Source: Somniosus microcephalus (lineage: Eukaryota). Taken from it: 64,000 nt of DNA. A model generated the notes under the pieces. That model was not told the DNA's origin. It saw nothing but the letters and a program-made list of their open reading frames with translations, and did not search any database. Position 1 is the stretch's first letter. Each line of letters begins with the position of its first letter. Of this stretch, positions 52,401 through 62,684 are shown piece by piece. The translations under genes and the position numbers were made by a program. The DNA lies in NCBI GenBank assembly GCA_052327205.1, contig CM126205.1, forward strand, positions 241,862,001 through 241,926,000. The letters run 5' to 3'.

Positions 52401-55288
52401 TGGAGAGAATTGTAACAAAACGACCAAAACGAATCCGTCTCTCAAGATGGGAGCAGTTCTATGTCATGCCTTTGCCACGCTTTACTGACCAGTATAGACC
52501 AAAATGGCGCATACCAAAAGTGTCGCAAGATGATCTTGAAACAGTTAGACCAGCTCGAAGGCGCACACCATCTCCTGAGTATGAAATATGTTACAGACCA
52601 AGAAGGAGATCACTTGGTGATTTGTCAGATGACGAATTACTCCTCCCTGTTGATGATTACCTTTCAATGAAGAGAATAGAAGAGGAAAGACTACGCCTTG
52701 AGGAAGAGCTTGTATTAGGATTCTCTGCTTCACCTCCAAGTCGCAGCCCTCCACGTTTTGAGTTATCAGCGCTTCAGCATAAATCTCAACGGACACAGTT
52801 AGCTACAGCGGAAGAGGAGGAAAAATATGTCAAATACCAAAAATATCACATCCCTTCCAAATATGAAGCTGGCCCAAGTTTCATAGACCTCCGGCAGCGT
52901 CATGACAAGGCTGTTTATAGAGCGCCAAGACAAAGAATGATAGAAGACAGAGAAGATGAAGAGCTGCTTCGACCAATTGCTACAGTCCAGAGATTGTCTG
53001 CCTACCAAAAAGAACTTGAGCATATGGAACATGAGGAAAAAACAAGGATCAAAAGTAGACGAGAAAGAGAGATTTTAGCGATAAAATCAGCAGAAGAAGA
53101 GCAAACCATCGAAGTTAAGGAATATGTTCGCAGAGAATCTCCATCTGTCTCGAGGCTTCTTAGAAGAAGAAGATCACTTTCCCCAACTTACATTGAATTG
53201 ATGCGACCTGTATCTGAACTAATCAGATCCCGACCATGCCCTACAGAATTTGAAAGTGAAGGCTTAGAAAGACGGTCACCCACACCAGAGAGAACTCGTC
53301 CTCGTTCACCCAGTCCTGTATCTCGAGAGAGCTCACTTTCACGCATTGAAAGGACTGCTAGGTTTGACATCTTTTCACGCTATGAATCAATGAAAACTGC
53401 TCTAAAAACTCAGAAGACTTCCGAAGGAAAATATGAAGTTATTACTCAGCAGCCTTTCAGCCTTGACCATGGTCCACGTATAACTTTGAGAATGCGTTCT
53501 CACCGCATCCCTTGTGGTCAAAGTACCAAATTTACTCTAAATGTTCTGTCCAAGCCAAGAGCTGAAATTAGTTGGTACCACAATGGTAGAGAAATTCAAG
53601 AGAGCAACAAGTATCACTTTACAGATATGAGTGGTGTCCTGACACTGGAAATTCTGGATTGCCAAGCTGAAGATAGTGGAACCTATCGTGTTGTTAGTTC
53701 TAATTACAAAGGAGAGGCCTCTGATTATGCAACACTTGATATTACGGGAGGTGACTATTTTACCTACCTATCTCGCCGTAAAGATGAGGAGCGACCAAAA
53801 TCACTTGTACCTGAACTGACAAGGACTGATTTTTACCAGATCTCTACAGTCAGAAAAACAACAGAAATTGAAGAGATTAGTAAGATGGAAGAAACTAAAA
53901 CAAAAGAGTCAGAAGTAATGGAATCAATCAGCTCTGGCCTGTATGCTTCAAAAGAAAAATCAATTCGAGCATCCAAGCGAAGTCTCCCAGCCAAAATACT
54001 AACAAAACCACAGTCAGTCACAGTAGTAGAGGGAGAATCTGTTAGATTTACCTGTGGCATTGACGGTGAACCAACACCCACTGTGACATGGATGCATTCT
54101 GGGAGAACAATTACATCCTCCAAACGTTTGCTTATTATAGCAACACAGTATAAATCTACCTTTACAATTACATCAGTTCACTCTTCTGATGAAGGCAGCT
54201 ATACAGTAGTAGTAGAAAACTCCGAAGGAAGACAAGAAGCACACTTTACTCTGACTATCCGAAAAGCTGGAGCAAAGGAACTAGGTATTGTAGCAACACC
54301 AATGGTAAAGTCTCCTGAACCTCATGCAAAGTCTTCAGAGGCAAAGAAGACTCCCAAGAGAGTCAAATCACCAGAGCCAGTCACTTCTCTTCCAAGAGTT
54401 AAATCACCCCCAACTCTCAGAACACCTTCAGCAGAACGAGTGGAGATTCCTGCAAGTGCTCCACCTAAGATTTCTCAAGGATTGAAAACTGAAGTTTCTG
54501 AAGATGGTACAGTAAAACTGACATGTGCAGTTGAAAGTACAGTTCTGAATGTGAAAGAATTGGCTTGGTTCAAAGATGGACGTAAAATAAAGGAAAACAG
54601 TCACTACAGATTGGAATATGCTGCTAATGGTGTCTACAACCTCAGTATCCATGGAATTAATGAAACGGACGAAGGAGAATACACTTGTGAAATCACTGGT
54701 GAAGGAGGTGTTTCCAAAACAACTTTTTCCTTTGTTGGTCAAGTATTCAAAAGCATTGTCGCCAAAGTGGCCAAGATAACTGAATCAAAGGCAGCTCTTC
54801 AGAAAAAAGCTGTGGCTAAATCACATGGAAAAACAGAGGTAGTTCAGGAACACATTGTGAAAAAAGAGCTTAAAACATCATACACAGAAATTACGGCCAC
54901 ACGTGTACAAATGACTGCAGTAGATGGTCAGAAGGCCATACTTAAGGCCAACATACCAAATGCTTCCAATGTGAAATGGATCTCAAATGGTGTGGAGCTT
55001 ATCAATTCAGAAGATTATCGATATGGTGTATCTGGAAATGACCACACTTTAACCATCAAAAAGATCAGTTTCAGAGATGAAGGCGCAATCACCTGTGAAG
55101 CGAAAACTGAGCATGGAATAGTTAAATGTCAATTTGATTTAACAGTTAAACAAAAACAATCAAATACTCCAACATTCATTGCACAACCCAAGTCCCAAAA
55201 TGTTAATGAAGGACAAAATGTGGCATTTACTTGTGAAATATCAGGAGATCCTTCTCCAGAGGTTGAATGGCTGAAAGACAACAATCCT
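49413..55288 (+). CDS. TTN: TTN M-line exon (Mex1 fused with Mex3 equivalent; 5876 nt): A169, A170, kinase, M1-M6, M8, N-half of M9
   Basis: tctag|TTCCTGCC ... AATCCT|gtaagt; continuous ORF with recognisable domains and is2-is4 inserts. Confidence 0.95.
50102..50866 (+). other. TTN: Titin (pseudo)kinase domain
   Basis: GRGQFS loop, YMAK, HFDIRPEN, EFG in place of DFG, APE, DMWS, HPWL; preceded by NYD linker and followed by regulatory tail. Confidence 0.97.
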
Positions 55289-55399
55289 GTAAGTACTTTA
55301 TTAATTTAAGCTTGCTGCTCGTTTATCTGGTTCTCCAAATAAAATAATTTTAGCGTGTTCTTTGGCTTATAATCAAAGGAAACTTGTTTCATATTTCAG

Positions 55400-55553
55400 A
55401 TTGCAATCTCAAGAAATGTGAAAGTGAATCGTTTGAAAAACAAGTACACACTAGAAATTCTGAATGCAGCAGCCTCTGACAGTGGAAAATATACAGCAAC
55501 AGCAAAGAATTTCCATGGACAGTGTTCTGCAACAGCCTCTTTAATTGTACTTG
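55400..55553 (+). CDS. TTN: TTN Mex4 equivalent (154 nt), C-half of Ig M9; not in ORF track
   Basis: ttcag|ATTGCAATC ... DSGKYTATAKNFHGQCSATASL ... CTTG|gtatgt. Confidence 0.94.
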
Positions 55554-55897
55554 GTATGTTATTGCCTTAAATTAATTATTGCACTTGTTATTATGACCGT
55601 TGCATTTTCTGTGCCCCCCATTTACTATAGCATTTTATTGAACCTGAACTTGAGTTTCTTCAGTACAATGTAGAACAAAAGTCTGGCAATTAATTGAATA
55701 ATTTTAACATATAAATGTATGTTTTTACAATTTAAACTAGATGCAAATGTTTTAATGTTTTCTTTGGTCTATTAGCACATGGTGTATGATACACTCAAGT
55801 AGGACTCACATTTTGATCTTTAAAAAATGATTTTACCTTTGCAGTATGTCAAAAGTGAGTCCATTTATGTATCACATCTGTTTGCTATGCTCCACAG

Positions 55898-56158
55898 CTC
55901 TAATTGAAGAACCTTCAAAAATGGTAGTTCTGGAGACTGGTGCTTCTGCTGGCATGCAGGAATATTTCTCTTCCAAGATAATGCAAATGACCAAACAAGA
56001 GGCCAGCAGCAGCATGACTGAAGTTAAATTTGCCAGCATGTCTTCGAGTAGCATGTCATCTTTCAAAGAATCAATGAGCTCCAGCTCTTTTATGGAGCAT
56101 TCCAGTATGAGTCAATTGGAAGCAAGTACCAGCAAAATGATTACTGGTAGTATTAAAG
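55898..56158 (+). CDS. TTN: TTN Mex5 equivalent (261 nt), Ser/Met-rich is7
   Basis: cacag|CTCTAATT (ALIEEPS...SSMTEVKFASMS) ... TAAAG|gtgata; symmetric phase 1. Confidence 0.92.
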
Positions 56159-56271
56159 GTGATATTGAGTCATTACTAAAGCATTAAAAAATATAATTTT
56201 TTTTCTATTAATCCAGTTGTATCAATATGCTGGGCAAGAAACTAACTTGTCTATTGTATTTTTTTTTACAG

Positions 56272-56570
56272 GGTCTTCTCCTAAAATTGAAGCTTTACCA
56301 TCAGATATCACCATTGAGAAAGGAAAGGTTCTAACAGTGGCCTGTGCCTTCTCAGGTGATCCTATGCCTGAAGTAAAATGGTCACGTGGAGGAAGACCTC
56401 TTTCTGATGAAGCAGAAGGTGGCAGATTCCACATTGAAACAACAGATGATCTAACAACACTCATTATCACAGGTGTCAAAGAAAATGATGCAGGACGCTA
56501 CACTCTAAGACTCACAAATGAATTTGGATCAGATTCTGCCACTGTAAATATTAAAATTAGATCAATTTAA
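56272..56570 (+). CDS. TTN: TTN Mex6 coding part, Ig M10 and stop
   Basis: tacag|GGTCTTC; PKIEALPSDI...GRFHIETTDDLTTLII...NEFGSDSATVNIKIRSI TAA. Confidence 0.97.
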
Positions 56571-56654
56571 ACATTTGAATCAGCTGACACTTGTTTTAAA
56601 CTAAACTTCAAAATTGATAGATACTTTAACTATAATGAACTTGAATTTCTGACT

Positions 56655-56816
56655 TGTATATATTATTTTAAATATTTTTTTACCTGACTCGACATCGTGC
56701 ATTTATACCAAACTAGACAATTTCTGAACAAATGGTAGATTGTGCAATATGGGATTATTGCACATTTGATTTAGGAATTTTTAACCATTTTCTGTGACAT
56801 GTACATACTGTATATA
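56655..56816 (+). promoter_or_regulatory. Three Pumilio-response-element matches (UGUANAUA)
   Basis: TGTATATA 56655-56662, TGTACATA 56800-56807, TGTATATA 56809-56816. Confidence 0.5.
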
Positions 56817-57606
56817 GCCGATCTAAACGGTTATGGAAGTTTTGTACCTTGTGTTTTATGAGATTTTCAATGCAACTTTTGAAACTGATAGTTGGCAGGG
56901 GAAAGTTTGAATAGGACGACTACCTTGTTCAACCTGGAACTAAAATTTGTGCCTCAACACAATGTTGATGTCTAAGAATACCTCCGCAGGTAGAGAGGCT
57001 CCCTGCTGAAGACAACCTATACCCAAGAGATGATGCTATGCACAGTATTTAGATACGTGCAATACAAGTTTGTGGAATTAGAAGGCTACACCTGTGGTGC
57101 TATTTGCATATACCCTCCTGCAAATAACACCACAAGACTTTAGCCTATGAACCGGCTATGTCATATCACTGTTTAACACAGACAAGATGATCAACTATGA
57201 ATACAAAGTACAAGCGGCAATTACTTTGTATAATCATCTTTCATGTGCACTGTTTCTAACATGGTGACTACTTGGATAGTTTGAATGAAAAATACATCAA
57301 CCTGGCCATACCCTCATTTCAGCAAACTCTTTCAAGTTCTCCTATGTAGAAGTAGTGCCAACTCAAGGAGGTTTAGATTTTCCATGGGGTGCACTGACTT
57401 TGTGTGGTAATCGTAGAATTTTATTTCATGTTATCTGTTCTAAGGGCATAACTAACAGAAATTAACCACATTGGAAAAAAATTCTTTGTGCTCCAACATT
57501 TTAATGCCCTGTGCAGTAACTTTATTTAGAGAAATAAGTAGTGTTTATGTTATTTTATTAAGCCTCCTTGAGAATTAGAAAAGTAAAATTGTATTTCTGA
57601 TTGTGA

Positions 57607-57612
57607 AATAAA
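57607..57612 (+). terminator. Polyadenylation signal AATAAA (probable main)
   Basis: First canonical hexamer I found after the stop; TGTA upstream, T-rich downstream. Confidence 0.75.
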
Positions 57613-57742
57613 GCATGCTTTCTGCACCTATAAACATTTTCTTTCTTTTTTGCACATGGCTTCACTCAACTAAAGGCAATAATACAGCGACACAAGCATA
57701 CTAAATGTTCATAAATTTAGTAACTTCACACACCTATAGCAG

Positions 57743-57748
57743 AATAAA
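57743..57748 (+). terminator. Second AATAAA (possible distal site)
   Basis: Hexamer 136 nt downstream of the first; weaker downstream element. Confidence 0.35.
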
Positions 57749-57804
57749 AAAGTAATTCACAAAGAAATTCAGTTCACATAAATTTAGAAGTTGTAAACAT
57801 GAAA

Positions 57805-58222
57805 ATGTCTGGGACTTTTTTGAGGTTATGAACGTGGTAGATAAGGGAGTGTCTAGGGATGTTATTTATAAGGACTTCTGGAAGGCATTCAGTAAGATTC
57901 TACACAAGCGACAGTTAGCAAAAGTGGAAGCACATGGAATTGGAGGCAATCTATTGACATGGGTAGGAAATTGGTTAGGAGGTAGGAGACAGAGAGTAGG
58001 GATAATGGGTATGTGCTCCAATTGGCAGGATGTGACTAATGGTGTCCCCCAGGGATCTATACCTGGGCCTCAGCTTTTCACTATATTTATCAATCAAGTT
58101 TGCTGATGACACTAAGTTAGGTGGCACAGTAAGTAGAGTAGATGGGAGCTGAGGGCTGCAAAGGGACATTGATAGATTGAGTGGGCAAAACTGTGGCAGA
58201 CGGAGTTCAATGTGGGGAAGTG
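57805..58222 (+). mobile_element. CR1-type LINE, RT segment 1 of a fragmented copy
   Basis: DVIYKDFWKAFSK, VPQGSIPGPQLF, KFADDTKLGG. Confidence 0.88.
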
Positions 58223-59353
58223 TCAACCCGCCGCCACGTGCCTTTCCCAAATGTCGGGTCTACCAGCGCTCAGCAGAGTGAGATGGGGAAGTGAAAATGT
58301 AGATTTTTTAAAATTAGTTTATGGGATGTGGGCGTCGCTGGCAAGGCCAGCATTTATTGCCCATCCCTAATTGCCATTGAGAAGGTGGTGGTTAGCTGCC
58401 TTCTTGAACCGCTGCAATCCATGTGGTGCAGGTACTCCCACAGTGCTGTTAGGTAGGGAGTTCCAGGATTTTGACCCAGCAACGATGAAGGATCGGCAAT
58501 ATATTTCCAATTCAGGATGGTGTGTGACTTGGAGGGGAACTTGGTGGTGTTCCCATGCACCTGCTGTCCTTGACCTTCTAGGTGGGAGAGGTCGCGGGTT
58601 TGGGAGGTGCTGCCGAAGAAGCCTTGGTGAGTTGCTGCAGTGCACCTTCTAGATGGTACACACTGCAGCCACGGTATGCCGGTGGTGGAGGGAGTAAATG
58701 TTGAAGGTGGTGGATGGGGTGCCAGATTGACGGGGATGGGTGGAGATGCAAGGTAAGTTGGTGTAAGGATGTGCAGGACTAGGGTAGGGAAGGCAGAGTG
58801 ATGGGGATGTGATGAGTGGCACAGCAGGATGAGGTTGAGTGTGGCTTTGTAGTAATGTTTTGTGATCTATTGAGATCATTGAAAGGTTTGTGCTACTGCA
58901 GCCTGGTCCTCCTGACAACATCCCTGCTTGTGTCCTCCTGTGCAATGTGCAACCAGGCTGCGTTGGTCTCTTGGGGAGGTCTCTTCCGCCTATTGGAAGG
59001 GAAGAAAACCTCCCTGCGTGCTGTGACTCCCTCCATAAGCATATGGAGGGAGTCATGGGAGAGCCTGGGTGCAGCCGTGCACCTTTGTGCAGTGCTTGTC
59101 AGTGTTCGCAGCACCTCAATGCTGTAGAACACTGACAGCACAAATGTCAAAATCAATTTGCGCATGGTCCCTTTAAGGAAACCGGCTGATGATATGTCAT
59201 CAAATGACATCATCAGACCCGTTTCCTTCAATTGGCTGGCAAACGCGCTGGGCGGGCTTAACAAGCCCAATAAAGGGAAAGTCATTTTGGACAGCAGGCT
59301 GGAGCCACCGACGTTGCTCGCCATGGACCGCCAAGGTTGGTAAAATCCAGCCC
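58221..59353 (-). mobile_element. Second, inverted and deleted copy of the Harbinger-derived Myb/SANT element
   Basis: Reverse complement of 43633-44250 and 45240-45300; terminus gtaaaatccagcccc; APRLSHDSLHMLMEGVTARREVFF...AAWLHIAQE. Confidence 0.8.
58305..58725 (-). mobile_element. 3' end of a CR1/L2-group LINE inserted in the Harbinger-like copy
   Basis: SFIVAGSKSWNSLPNS...LQRFKKAANHHLL followed by tail gggatgggcaataaatgctggccttgccagcgacgcccacatccc and A-rich end. Confidence 0.8.
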
Positions 59354-59689
59354 CATGTCTTCGGAAGGATATACTGGCTTTGGAGTGGCTACAGCGCAGA
59401 TTCACCAGAATAATACACGGGCCAATTATGAGGATATGTTGCATCGAATAGGCTTGTATTCCCTTGATTATTAAAGGATTTAATAAGGTAGATAGAAACT
59501 ATTTCCTTTGGTGGGGGAATCCAGAACAAGGGGGCATAGCCTAAAATTAGAGCTAGGCCATGCGGGGGTGATGTCAGGAAGCACTGCTTCACACAAAAGG
59601 TAGTGGAAATGTAGAACTTTACCTCAAAAAGCTGTTGAGGCTGGGGGTCAATTACAAATTTCAAAACTGAGATTGATAGATTTTTGTTA
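59354..59689 (+). mobile_element. CR1-type LINE, segment 2 of fragmented + copy
   Basis: RKDILALEWLQRRFTRII, ESRTRGHSLKIR, HCFTQKVVE. Confidence 0.85.
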
Positions 59690-60620
59690 CATAATTACAC
59701 AGTACATAGTGCATAGAATTTACAGCACAGAAATAGACCTTTCAGCCCCACAGATCCATGCCAGTGTTTATGCTCCACATATGCCTCCTCCCACCCTTCT
59801 TCATCTAACCCCATCAATGTCTCCCATTCCTTTTCCCTCATGTATTTATCTAGCTTTCCCTTAAATGCATCTATGCTATTCACCTCAACTACTCCTTGTG
59901 GTAGCGAGTTCCACATTCTAACCATTCTCTGGTTAAAGAAGTTTCTCCTGAATTCCCTATAGGATTTATTAGTGACTATCTTATAGTTATGGCCCCTCAT
60001 TCTAGTCTCCCCCACAAGTGGAAACATCTTCTCTACATCTACCCTATCAAACCCTTTCATAATCTTAAAGACCTCTATCAGGTCACCCCTGAGTCATCTC
60101 TTTTCTAGAGAAAAGAGCCCCAGCCTGTTCAATCTTTCCTGATAGGTATAACCTCTCAGTTCTGGTATCATCCTAGTAAATCTTTTTTGCACCTTCTCCC
60201 GTGCCTCTATATCCTTTTTATAATATGGAGACCAGAACTGTTCACAGTATTCCAAGTGTGATCTAACCAAGGTTCTTTGCAAGTTTAACATAACTTATCT
60301 GCTTTTCAATTCTATCCCTCTGGAAACAAACCCCAGTGCTTTGTTTGCTTTTTTTTTATAACCTTATCAACCTGCATTGCTATTTTTAGTGATTTGTCTA
60401 TCTGTACCCCCAGATCCCTCTGCTCCTCTACCCCATTTAGACCCTTATTTTCCAAGGAGCATGTGGCCTCCTTATTCTTCCTACCAAAATGCATCAACAC
60501 ACACTTATCTATATTGAAGTTCATTTGCCAGTTACATGCCCATTTTGCAAGTTTATTGATGTCTTCCTGTATTCTGTCACAGTCTTCCTCTATATTAACT
60601 ATACCCCCCAATTTGGTGTC
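59690..60620 (-). mobile_element. CR1-type LINE, 5'-truncated, inverted, with 3' tail
   Basis: ORFs 60312-60611, 60094-60291 and 59695-60060 give the consecutive CR1 ORF2 C-terminus (WQMNFN, HLEYCEQFWSP, FFNQRMVRMWNSLP). Confidence 0.92.
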
Positions 60621-60755
60621 AGTAAAGTTATTAAGGAATATGGAACCAAGGGGGGGGGGTAAGTGGAGTTGAGATACACGTCAGCCATAATCTAACTGAA
60701 TGGTGGAACAGTCTCAAGGGGCTGAATGGCCTATACCTGTTCCGATGTTCTTATG
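60621..60755 (+). mobile_element. CR1-type LINE 3' tail, segment 3 of fragmented + copy
   Basis: ttaaggaatatgg...ggggctgaatggcctatacctgttcc continues the sequence broken at 59689. Confidence 0.8.
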
Positions 60756-61530
60756 ACTCAATTCCACGGCCACATACTACAGTTGCTACAAAATAACCTA
60801 TTGAACATAAATTACATAAAAGTAAAACATTTACTTGGGTGGGGTATTAATGATTGGCTCCAACTTAAATCTGCAGATTTATTATTTGGGATTCCTCCAG
60901 GGTATTCCTACTTCTGAGAAGTTACAGCTGAGTCCTAGGCTGCACACAATTCCACAGATAAGAATGAGCAGGGTACCTGTTATCAGGCCTCTATCTACAT
61001 AGATCAAATCATCACAAACATTGTTGAGTGGTTACTTTAGACATTCCACCATCGTCCTTATATGCAGAGATGCTCGAACCTTGCATTCCCTTATACAGTG
61101 CAGAACTTACAAACCCTATGTTCAGCAGAAAGTTTTTTCACTCATCTTTGGATCTTACAGGCAATACAGGACATTGAGGTACTCGGGTAGTGTGGAACCT
61201 CGTTCCCACAACTGACATCTCATAATCGGGAACTGTCATAGGAACATCCAAAAATGACGGGCAGGAAATATCAACTGATCCATCAAGCCTGCCCCACTCT
61301 GATGATGCCTGGAGCATGACTAAACACTTCCTACTCACCCTTCACCCCCCTCCCCGACCCTGCCATCTTCTGGGAGGTACATTACCTTAAAACAGAACCA
61401 GGTGAATCCTTTATCCCTTCACCTTAACTCTTCGTCAAACAACCATCTGGGGATTTACCATCCACTTCTGTGGAATTATTAGATGTCTAAAGAAAGAACT
61501 TGCATTTATATAGTGCCTTTCACAACCTCA

Positions 61531-62278
61531 TTGAAACTTATAAAATTCTATCAGGACTAGACAGACTAGATGCAGGAACGATGTTCCCAATGGCGGGGGA
61601 GTCCAGAACCAGGGGTCACAGTCCAAGGATAAGGGGTAAGCCATTTAGGACTGAGATGAGGAATTTCTTCACCCACAGAGTGGTGAACCTGTAGAATTCT
61701 CTACCACAGAAGGCAGTTGAGGCCAATTCATTAAATATATTCAAGAAGGAGTTAGATATATTTCTTACGGCTAAAGGGATCAAGACCTGGGACTAGGGAC
61801 AGGGTCACTGGCAAGGCTTGGAAGCTAAGCAGAGCCAGGACCTGGTTAGTACCTGGAGGAGTGACCATCAGGGAAGACCAGGTGCAGAAGGTCACAGGAA
61901 GGAGCCCCGAGGAGGGGCGGTTGGTGAGAAGGTCACGGAAGGAGCTCCGGGAGGGGCAGCTGGTGAGCAGGCCCGGGCGTTGGGCTGAAGATTGTCGGAC
62001 AGGAGGAATGGTGGAAATGGAATGGCGGCGCGCACAGACGCAGCGGCTTTGCTTCTCCCAGGACGGTGCTATTTACGTTTAATGTTAATGTTATTTGTAC
62101 TGGACTCATGGGAGCTTGCAAGATCACATTTCGTTGTACAATGACAATAAAGTTGAATTATTATTAGATGGGGAGAAGGCAGGGATAGGGTACTGAATTT
62201 GGATGATCAGCCATGATCTCATTGAATGGCGGAGCGGGGCCGAATGGCCTTCTCCTGCTCCTATCTTCTATGTTTCTC
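61531..62278 (+). mobile_element. CR1-type LINE 3' fragment (61531-61784 and 62167-62278)
   Basis: IETYKILSGLDRLDAGTMFP...FFTHRVVNL; tail ggccgaatggccttctcctgctcctatcttctatg. Confidence 0.85.
61785..62166 (+). mobile_element. Insertion inside the CR1 fragment, Rex1/Babar-like 3' end
   Basis: Interrupts CR1 between gggatcaag and gatggggagaagg; ends tttcgttgtacaatgacaataaagttgaa(tta)n. Confidence 0.55.
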
Positions 62279-62684
62279 GGGTGTCCCAATGAAGTACTTT
62301 TGAAGTGTAGAAACTGTTGTACTGTAGGAAACATGGTCACCATTTTGTGCACAGCAAGCTTTCACAAACAACATGATAATCACCAGATAATCCGTTTTAG
62401 CAATGTTGGTTGAGGGATAAATATTGGCCAGGATACCAGGGAGAACTCCACTGCTCTTCTTCAAAATAGTGCCATGGGATCTTTTATGTCCTCCTGAGAG
62501 GGCAGACGGGGCCTCGGCTTAATGTCTCATATGAAAGACATCACCTCCAGCATTCAGTCCTGTACTGGACTGTCAGCCTAGATTTTGTGCTCAAGGCTCT
62601 GGAGTGGGACTCAAACCACAACCTCAGGTGCAAGAGTGCTAACAACTGAGCCACAGCTGACAGGAAGTCATTTTACAAAAGGTT

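Larger units (their letters stand above)
1..57640 (+). other. TTN: Titin gene, 3' portion (A-band, kinase, M-band, 3' UTR); 5' part lies upstream of window
   Basis: Tandem titin-type Fn3 (PGPP...W..P..DGGS.I..Y.VE.RE) and Ig domains, titin kinase, C-terminal M10 ending RSI*; exons join in frame at GT-AG sites. Confidence 0.99.
56571..57640 (+). other. TTN: TTN 3' UTR (end approximate)
   Basis: Repeat-free AT-rich sequence between stop codon and first AATAAA with downstream U-rich tract. Confidence 0.75.
61491..62661 (-). mobile_element. Deu-domain tRNA-SINE (SacSINE1-like), split by insertions: tail 61491-61530, body 62279-62661
   Basis: Minus strand A box TGGCTCAGTTG and B box GGTTTGAGTCC; Deu-like core aagatcccatggcactatttt...cctggccaatattt. 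Confidence 0.8.

Noticed and set aside
1-57640. Antisense lncRNA equivalent to human TTN-AS1, or the Cronos internal promoter
   Set aside because: Antisense transcription cannot be seen from sequence alone, and Cronos maps upstream of this region
62590-62661. tRNA-like A and B boxes
   Set aside because: SINE head, not a tRNA gene; no complete cloverleaf
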